Below, piece after piece: positions 54,443-64,000 of a DNA stretch of 64,000 nt. The notes beneath the pieces were generated by a model, which had not been told where the DNA came from, ran no database searches, and saw nothing but the letters and a program-made list of their open reading frames with translations. This stretch comes from Epiperipatus broadwayi (Eukaryota; Animalia; Onychophora). Where the stretch lies: positions 26,040,001-26,104,000 of the forward strand of contig JAQFVV010000004.1 in the NCBI GenBank assembly GCA_028023455.1. The letters run 5' to 3'. Position numbers and translations under genes: made by a program. Each line of letters starts with the position of its first letter. The first letter of the stretch is position 1.

Positions 54443-57412
54443 GTAAAATATAAATAAATAAGAATCTTTATTTTTAATGAGTCATTTACTTTTTTGGGGG
54501 GAATTTTTTTTATATAAATTTTTTTTGTTACAAAAAATGGACAAAAAGAAAGCACAAAAAAAGACCACTGAATGGTAAATTCTGGCATGCAATTTAGGAG
54601 GCAAATTTAATTTACTGCAGGTCACCATACTGCGCAGTAAGTAAGTATCGTACAAATATACTTAATAAAAAAAAGGTGTGTCATGGCCATTTTGGTAATA
54701 TCACATGATTACAAAATTATCAGCACATTGATAGGAATGCAAACAGAAAATAGTAAGTCTAATACATATCACTGCAGCTATACTAATAAAGTACCAATGT
54801 ATTATAAATAAAGCAGTAGCAATGTGAAACATGGGGACTATGATTATGGTGCTTGTCAACTGTCAGCAAAAATGCACTCAGCTAAATTTTAAAAAAAATA
54901 CTTCATAAAAGCATTTACACATATGCATGCAAAAGAACTACATATACAAATAAATGGAAAAAATAAGATCATGGAATGGATAATGCATCTGCCGCCATAT
55001 ATAGATTCTTGGATTTTCCAATTATTGTATTCAAAAGAATTACATGCACAAATGAAGGGAAAAATTAATATTATATATTGTAATGGAATATAAAAGTGCC
55101 CTACAGATTTAGACATTTTATTACTGACAAAACAAATAATGACAAGATAACTCTTATTATAATCTGTAAAGTTAGAGCACCATTTGTAATAGGATAAAAT
55201 GAGGATATACTCTTCTTTTAATGCACCACAGATTTGAGATCCATTTTTAACAATTCATATATGATAAAAAACATTAGAGTGATTCTGTTTAATTATGTCC
55301 TACCAATTATGGCTTCATTTGTAATACAATAAATATGTGTGTATGCTAACCTCTGTTGTTATAATCGCAATCCTTTAGGTAGCATTTGTAACAGATTGAA
55401 AATATGCAATAAAATAATAATTCTAATATAACTTGAATAAAATATAGCTCAATTGTCAGTTACCCTATGCAAGAGAACAAAAATTATTCCTATAGTTGAA
55501 CATCATTTATAACTGAATAAAAATAGAATTTAAATGAAAATAATATTCCTTTTCTAATAACCCATGAATAATAATATCATTCTTAACTGAATAAATATGA
55601 TATACTAAACTAAATGAATACCAATCAATAATTAAATATACTGTATTTGATATAGTCTTATTTAATCACATATCTGACTGTTAATTATATTAAAACAAAA
55701 TAGTGATGACAATTTTTATTATAGCATCACAAGTTCAAATAGCATTTACAATAAATAGAAAACAAACAAAATCATCATTTTGGATATTCCAAATATAAAC
55801 CATACTTAAATATAGATTAAAATAAAGCAATTACATCAAATATCATTGTCCCAAAACAGTGATATATGTTTGGGATATATTTCACTTATCATCAATTAAA
55901 AATAATGGATAAATCATTCAATAACCAAATTCTAATATATCTAACTAGTCAAACATTCCTTAAAATAATATAAACGTATACTAAAATTTAATGATGTTCA
56001 TATCTAAATAAAATAATTCATGAATGATTGAGATAACAGTTTTAGTATATCTCATAAGTATACAATGTTTCTAATATCTAAATAGATATATGACCCAATA
56101 ATTAATTTTAAATCTTAGTTTAACAAAATAATAAATAACATTAACTCAGTTAAGCTATATTCATATATTAATTTACTTTTACAATCACACTATTTATAAC
56201 AAAATAAAAACAATAAAATGATAAATAATAAATTATACTATCTCAGTCATGGTATAGTCTTATATCTTAAATTAGTTTTAGTAAAATTAAATATTTAATA
56301 ATGATGTAATGTCAATGAAGGCTATTAGATATATAAAAGAAAGAGTAGATTTCTATTGGGAATTTACTTAAGTATAATTAACTAATCATATCAATTTGTT
56401 TTAAATTTCCTGTAACTAAATTATTAAAACTATATATTTAACAATTAAACATAAAAAGAATTATGAACATTTATTATAATCAAGTATAAATATTAAAATT
56501 TATCAGTTAATTGGATTTAAGATTCACATCAATTAAAATTAAATATAATTAAAGATTCTAAATTATAACAACAAAATATACTACTATAAGCTTTATAATT
56601 AAATAAGATTAAGATCTTAATTACTAATAATGATCTCAATACTGTACTTATCTAAACAATATTAATTTTAGATAAAACATGCAAATATTTGATTGTGATT
56701 AACACAAAGTTTATATCTAGTCAGATAATAAATCTAGAATTCAATAAAAAATAATAACATAACCACACTCACCTACTAATACTGGAATTTGATTTCTGGA
56801 TTATAGAATATAGTTGTTTCAAATAAATTTTTATGATATAGACAGTTTTCTCTAAAATGTTATCAAGCAATAAATTTATTTATACAACTGGACAATAATC
56901 AAGCAAGTTTATTTAATTTAAGTTAAATTTAAATTTATTAATAAATAAATTTCAATTATATGACAAAAATATGTATATATAATGAATAGATTATAAACAA
57001 TCAATATATACACATATGATCTAATTAAATGTACAATAAATTATCAATTGTCATTAATTTGATATTTATATATGTGATTGTCTATTAATTTCCAATTATT
57101 TAATAACAAAATACTAAATATACATGTCTATGTATTATAAATATGTTGCAAGATTATCTACATTTCAAAATATAAGAGAGTTTAAAATATACTTTCTTAT
57201 ATATTTTATATAAAATACATATATATATATATAAACATTACAAGCATAAAGCTAAACTAGTCAATAAATAGTTAAAATTACCCCAAATTCCAAATTCAAC
57301 CAGACTAGCCAAGAAAAAAATAACTAAAACACAACCAAAGGTTTCACTGCTACAAGCAGACTTCTCAAGTATAAAGAACTACAAAAACTACACCATATAT
57401 ATATAATATTAG

Positions 57413-57611
57413 ACATTACCCACAAATCCATTTACTTCCCATTCACCCTTAATATTAAAAGAACTCTTAAATAAATTAATTGAGAAATGAAATCAAAAGA
57501 AGAATTAAAGAATCTTTATTATTGAAAATTTATTATTCTGTAGTTATTAACTTAATTAAGAGTTCTTTTAATATTAAGGGTAGATGGAAGTAAATGGATT
57601 TGTGGGTAGTG
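57413..57611. repeat. Inverted repeat, about 65-bp arms with about 65-bp spacer
   Basis: cccacaaatccatttacttcc..cccttaatattaaaagaactcttaa versus ttaagagttcttttaatattaaggg..ggaagtaaatggatttgtggg. Confidence 0.9.
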
Positions 57612-58356
57612 TTTGGTTAGCTGAGGCACTGTTTCTGTATAAACACACAGATATATCCAGAGTAGGGACCAAATAGCAGAATTGCCTGTTCCAGCCACTA
57701 CACATTTTGGAAGGTGAAAAAAATTGCAAAAAGGTAGGTCCCAGCACCATTTTATACAAGTCATGCGAAAAGGCACATTTGTGAGAGAAGAACTATGAGA
57801 GTAATAAACTGGTGGTGTTTGTATAAAAACCATCATTTCCGCCTCTCCCCGCATGAGTTTCATTTGCTCAGACTAGCGCATGTATTAGCTGGTCCTTTGG
57901 ATCTGCAAACCATCTGACTCCCCTCACACATTCCAGAGCTATGTGCTGAAAATCTTGGTTTGTATAATGTAATTAAAAATGTAATTTATAAAATAATGTT
58001 GGTTTGTAAATTTTTTAAAAATATTTTTAAAAATTGTCAGAGAACAGAAAGCAAAAAATTATAAGCCCAGTTATGTTACATTTCATTATTTTTGCAAGAA
58101 ACAATGCCATCGAGCGGCCACATTGGAGAAAGTGCACAAGAACCAAAAAAAGTCGTATTATAAGATTTAAATTTAAAATTAATCAAAATAAACATTGGAC
58201 ACTTTATAAATTTGTTCTCCACTATGTGTGTGAACTAAGAACAAAAAAGAAAGAAAAGAAGAGATTAGAAAAATAGTTTTTTTTTTTCTTTAAAAAAAGA
58301 AAGAAAATTATAATATTTTTTAATGAACTATTGATTTGTTGTTGGTTTAATTAGCA

Positions 58357-58637
58357 TGTTAACATTTTTATATGTGATATTGTCTAATCTGCATATTTAT
58401 TTCATATCCATTACATTGGAGTAACTTATATTCTACAGGATCTGGGCTGGCATTGCAAATAATGGCTGTTTAGATATTATCATTATCAGATTGAAAAAAA
58501 TATTTCCAAAATTTATTGAAATATATATGTATAAAAGTATATGTTTCAGTCAATTTCCTGATGTTTAATGTAAGGTGGGGCCTGAGTAAATTAAATAAAT
58601 TGTATATTATTTAAATGTGTATAGTCAGACTATTACA
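58357..58637 (-). mobile_element. Family E putative solo LTR, third copy
   Basis: Collinear with 37697-37926. The minus strand starts TGTAATAG and ends TTAACA. Confidence 0.45.
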
Positions 58638-60824
58638 ATATGTATACATATATTAATTCTAATATTCTCATGGATAAATGATGAACTCATAGTACTATTT
58701 CTGGGAGCTTCCATGTAATAAAAATATAATGGCTAAATAGTTATTATATTTTTATTACATGGAAATTCCCCAAAATAATACTATGAATTTATATATATAA
58801 ATTAAGGATGCTAACACTAAACTGGTATTTATATAAATAAATTACTTATAAAACAAACTTTAAACTAATCAGATATCTCAATATACATTACTTTATAATA
58901 TTAACAAGGTTTTTGCAACCAGCTAAGGAGAGGTATTCAAAAGCCTTGTAGAAAGATTAGAGGATATAATTTTAATATCATCACTACTGCTTATATAAAC
59001 ACAGTTTTACTTCTTCTTGGTAAATTTATTTAATTTCAAAATTATAGATATTATGAGATATGGACATTTGTTGGAAAATTCTATCTATTATATTAAATTG
59101 TCTCTGCAGATAAACGTTCAATATTAAAGTTGTAAAAGGCACAGAAATTAAACATAATTTAATCTAAAATACAGTATTAAAAAATGACTTTATTTTTAAA
59201 AATTTACTTAAGGGTTAAATATTCTAATAAACAATGAATTATTTTGATACATCAGCAATTATTATAAAAATAATTGATAAACAAATACTTAGAGCAATTA
59301 AGTTATTTATCAAATAATATAGACAGGAGTTGAGCCATAGTAAATTAATTAAAAAAAAAAAACATGTATTGACTTATAAAACATCTTGACACTAATGACA
59401 GACAGATAGAAAGGAGCCATCTCACCAATTTAGAAATGGTGAAGTCATTTAATTATCAGTATGCTTTGTGTTTGAGTTGACTGTAGTTTGCTTTTTAAAT
59501 AGAGAAAAGCAGATAAATCCCAATATATAATGAAATCCTGATCATAAAATAAGTCTTTAGAAAACAATGTAGAGTCAACTATAAGGGGAAAAAGTACCAT
59601 TGTAATCTTTTTATTAATGACAGGTGTATCACCTTAAGAATTGTGCTTATTTTCAGTCCTCCTGCAAACAATTTGCAATCATACAACATTGAGTAAAGCC
59701 TGTCTAGAGAGAACATTATTTGTGGAGAAGAAATGCTGCCATAAGAATAAATAGACAAATTATGGCAATTGTAATTGCTTATAGAGAATACTATTACTAC
59801 TAATATGTCATAAAAATGAAAGAATAGAAAAAATTCAAGGAAATCAAGAATTCAAAGATATTGTTGACACAGAATATTGAAAGATTAAAATGAATACATG
59901 TTTGTAATTTTTTCCCCACAAAGAATAAAGAAAGAACATACATATTTAAACACAAAAGAATTCTTATATATGTAGTTATATATACTAAATGGGTGACTTT
60001 TTGAATCTAGGTAAACTCGGTGTAGTTAGTAGAGTGTCCAACTTGGGATTGTATGGTTCAAGGATTTATTCTGGTGTTTGCAAGTCTGGTGCTCAAACTA
60101 GCAATAAATTCCCAAGCAATAAAGCCATCTATGTTTTTTTTATAATATTAATTAATAATATTGAACAATTATTTAAATTATTTAGACATATAAGAAATAA
60201 ATTTGTATTCATATTTCATTTTTTATAATAAATTATGTAATGTGCTTGCAACTTTATTATAGTAGCCGATGAGATTATTAAGTTAGTTGATACTTTATGG
60301 TAAAATAGTGTGAAAACTTAAGATTATACTTTATTATATGACACCTTTCACACTTTATTATATTTCTCTATTTTAATTTTTCATTTTTGATTACTGACCT
60401 ATTTCTGCATCAACCAAATTTATTTTATTGTTATCATAGATTCTTTCTATATAAATGAAAGTGTGTGATCATTTCTGAATTTGTAATATATTCTTGTAGA
60501 CTAAGACTAATACCTAAGAATAATTATATATGGAAGAGTGGTACTAAAAGCATATATTATTAAAATAAAGTTAGCAAATCTAAAAGTTTAAACTTGTTTA
60601 GACTCATGCATAGTCAAGAAGTTTATCATAACAGACTATATATAAAATTTGGCCCCCAAATTTAGGGTTATGTTTATTGACCTCTAAAAATATCATTATT
60701 AACTAAACATTTGACTTCAAAAATGTGAACCATTTGGAACTTAATGTTGATTAATGTGTTGATTATTTATTGGATATTTAAACTCATTCATTAAATACAT
60801 TACAATATGTTTATATATAGTGCT

Positions 60825-63417
60825 GATGACTTATCACCTAACTGTTAATAACTAGGCATACAACTTAATTATATCTGTACCAGTCACCAATATTTGGCTG
60901 TTGCATACTCAATATGCCTTATTTAGTTATGATGACCAAAAGGACAACTAATTATACTACTATTGTTTTTACAACAATGCACAATTTTTACTGAGACCAA
61001 TAATATTTTTATTCTAACTTTATCAGCAGTTAGCCAATGGATCATGCAGTAATGAAATATTTGTAATCAATTAGTACCGGTCTTTTTTTATTCCTATGAC
61101 ATATCAATACCATATGATAACGTAAGGCATATCATGATTCTTAATTTCTAGACTGGTATTTATCCATAAACACTAGGCTTTAAATTTTATGTTAAATAAT
61201 TAGTTATATAAACCATGTCTGCACACCCTTAAAATATGTGAAAAATATTTTGACATGTTTCTAGGAATAAAAAAATAAAAATTATAATAAAATTAACAAT
61301 TTAATAATAATAGTTACAAAAAAGTGCCAAATATCACCCCATAAATTCTAGAAATAAAACATGTTTTCTTATTACATGGAAACCAACAATAATTATTTAG
61401 AATATATAATCATAAAAAGAAAATATTTAAAATCATTTTAAATATACACCACTAAAACATTAATAATAAAAATAAATAATAAAATGAATTAATTCTGGTT
61501 TCTATTTATTTCTCTTAGCATAGTCTCTAATCTGACAATCTGTTTCTTTTTTTCATGCAATGTTTTCAATAAGTTTTGTCCTCTTTGTATAATCTGTTTT
61601 TATTTTATTAATTTTACTAGCCACTTCTCTTTATATCTCCTAACATTATTTTGATTGACTTTTCAACATTGATGTTCTTTTGCATCCTAATTCTTGAACT
61701 TCCAGTTTTTCCACTCTTTCTGTGATGGTCTATATCTCCTTGTACATCAATCTTATTATTCTTTTGTTCTTTATTCTCAGATATCTTATTATCTAAAATC
61801 ATTCATTTCAAATATACTTGTTCCTTTATCTATGCCATAGAATCCTTATTTAATACTTTTTGCAACATCATGTACAACTTGCATATTTTTTTGTCACTTT
61901 CTGTAACCTTGTATTAATATTCTTCCATTTTCCATTTACTTTTTTTAGCATTTCTTGTTTTTCCAATCATATTTCTGACAGCAGCATCTTTGCATTTCTT
62001 CTTTATCTCACTGTTTGTTACATTATTTGTAATTATTTTGCACTTTCTTTTTATCTCTCACTCTTTTGCTGCATTTCTTGTACTTTTAATTTATTCCTTT
62101 GTTGCATTTCTTGTAATGTTCCATTTGTTCCATTTATTTTAATGTTTTCAGCAACATATTAAATGTTACAACATTCTCTTCTGCGGGTATATTTACAGTT
62201 TCTGCAGACTGTTCTTTTCTTATAGGCTTTGGATCTAGTGATCATTTATTATAATTATTTTTTCTTTACTATTAATCCTTACAATAAAAAAATAAATTTA
62301 CTTCCTATTTAGATTCTGTATTCGTTTGATATAGTCTGAAATAATCACTCCTTAAAATATTGCAAGTTTAAACTATCGTAGAAAAATTATAAGCATTACC
62401 TCACACTCCACCAGAAACAGCTCACCTATCTAGACTTCTCACAAATTTTCTGCCTAATTTATAACTCTTAAAACCTGCTTTATTTATTCCCAATTTATTG
62501 ATGATCAGATTTATTTATTATTCTTTTTATTTTATTTTATAAGAATAATAGCATCATCTTTCTTCTTATTCCATGCAGCAAATATCTGTAGATGTGGTTT
62601 AAATTATACCTTATAACATTCAGACTTTTGTTTCAGGGCTATAATAATTTTATATTATTTTAAATGGTTAGTCATTGACTAAATATACATTTAATTAAAT
62701 GTTTTGACTTTTTTGAATAATAAAAACTTGAGATAATCAGTCACACATTGGGCACCATAATCTCTGATTTCTTATTGCTTAACTGTTATTACATATGTAT
62801 ACCATACAATCATATCTGTACTAGTCAGCTCAAAGGTATTTGGTTGTTACCCATTCCATAATATTGCTTAGGTATGATGATTAAAGATACAACTAATTAT
62901 ATGATTAATCTCTTTTATAACTATAAACAATTTTTACTGAGCTCAATTATATTTTTATTTAAATTATCATTAATTAATCAGCCAAGATTAAGAAGCACCA
63001 GTCATTTTTTATTTTTACATCATTCCAATACAACATGATAACTTAAACCTTATTGTGATTCATAAGTTCGAGATTGGTATTTATGCATTAATGCTAGTTT
63101 TAAATTTTCTATTAGATAATTAATTAGTTATATAAATTATGCTTGCACATACCTATAATATGTAACAAATATTTTGGCATGCTTCTAAAATTAAGACAAA
63201 GATTATAATAAAATTAACAATTTAATAATAATAGTTACAAAAGAGTGTCAAACACCACCCCTTAATTTCTAGAAATAAAGAACATTTTTATTATTACATG
63301 GAAACCAACAATAATTATTTAGAATACATAATCACAAAAAAGTAAATATTTAAAATCACTTTAAATACATATTACTAAAATATTAATAATAAAAATAAGT
63401 AATACAATTAATTAACA
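60825..63417 (-). mobile_element. Internally deleted LTR retrotransposon (Ty3/Gypsy-like) with diverged LTRs
   Basis: About 660-bp direct repeats (about 60825-61490 and 62760-63417). PBS-like TGGTGCCCAATGTGTGAC at 62740-62757 (-). A decayed coiled-coil gag-like frame starts MITRSK at 62245 (-). Confidence 0.7.
62740..62757 (-). promoter_or_regulatory. tRNA-Lys(CUU)-type primer-binding site
   Basis: Matches TGGCGCCCAACGTGGGGC at 14 of 18 bases. Two of the mismatches are CpG-to-TpG. It lies next to the repeat boundary. Confidence 0.65.
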
Positions 63418-64000
63418 TATTCTTACCTAGGATTTGAAAGTCACTTCAGTTTATAATTTAGATTGTGTATGTTTTTCTTACTATAGGATTGTAAATATGT
63501 GGATATGTAGATATGCTTGCACATATATTAAACATCATTTTGCATGATTGTTATAATTCTGGTTTGAAAGTTTATTTCTATCATTAATAATTGGTGATTA
63601 ATGTGTCTACAATCTGAGCTTCTGGTTTATATAGGTCTTTCCCACAATACACACATGTACTATAATAATTGTATTTGTTCACAGGTCTGGTCTTTTTGAA
63701 AGCATTGACTATGAGGTGACTTATTTTTACTTGAATTTCATTCTCCCTTCTTTTTGCAAACTAGTTATACAACACATTTAGCAGGAAAGTGTATTCTAAG
63801 CAATCAGTAAGCCATCTCTGATGAAAAAATATAAGTATTTATAAAAGTTGGGCTTTATCCATTCATGTTAGCTCATCTATTATAAAAATTCTTATTTTTC
63901 ATGGATGTATACTATGAGATTGTACTTAAGGCTCAATAATCAAAAGTAATTTTCAGCAGTAGTTGAATCTTTTTTTGTCTAATAATCAGATCACTGCCAG

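Noticed and set aside
53430-54630. Merlin TIRs (gtgacc/ggtcac and the repeated gcatgcaattt)
   Set aside because: Matches are short and do not form a consistent TIR plus 8-9-bp TSD.
60005-60085. tRNA-like SINE head
   Set aside because: A and B boxes are too degenerate; no TSD or second copy found.

Overview
Very AT-rich, CpG-depleted DNA from an animal genome, most likely an invertebrate (inference from composition and repeat content). It has no long intact ORF and looks like intronic or intergenic sequence filled with decayed mobile elements. The main theme is a set of long fold-back (inverted-duplicated) elements linked to Penelope-like elements (PLEs). Family A is non-coding, has six copies (9713-10576, 12592-12770, 22615-22905, 35115-35348, 42941-43297, 45803-46109) and carries a minimal type I hammerhead ribozyme (HHR) whose consensus can be rebuilt by eye. 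Two further fold-backs encode GIY-YIG endonuclease remnants (22920-23760, 39125-39820). Also present: two tRNA-Gly(TCC)-derived 90-bp retroposons with target-site duplications (TSDs), a dead Merlin/ISXO2 transposase (53590-54442), a deleted LTR retroelement with a tRNA-Lys primer-binding site (PBS) (60825-63417), a 3.5-kb composite bounded by terminal inverted repeats (TIRs) (48293-51758), three putative solo LTRs, LINE remnants and a long compound GATA microsatellite. A few plus-strand candidate exons hint at a host gene that I could not identify. All calls were made by eye, without database searches.
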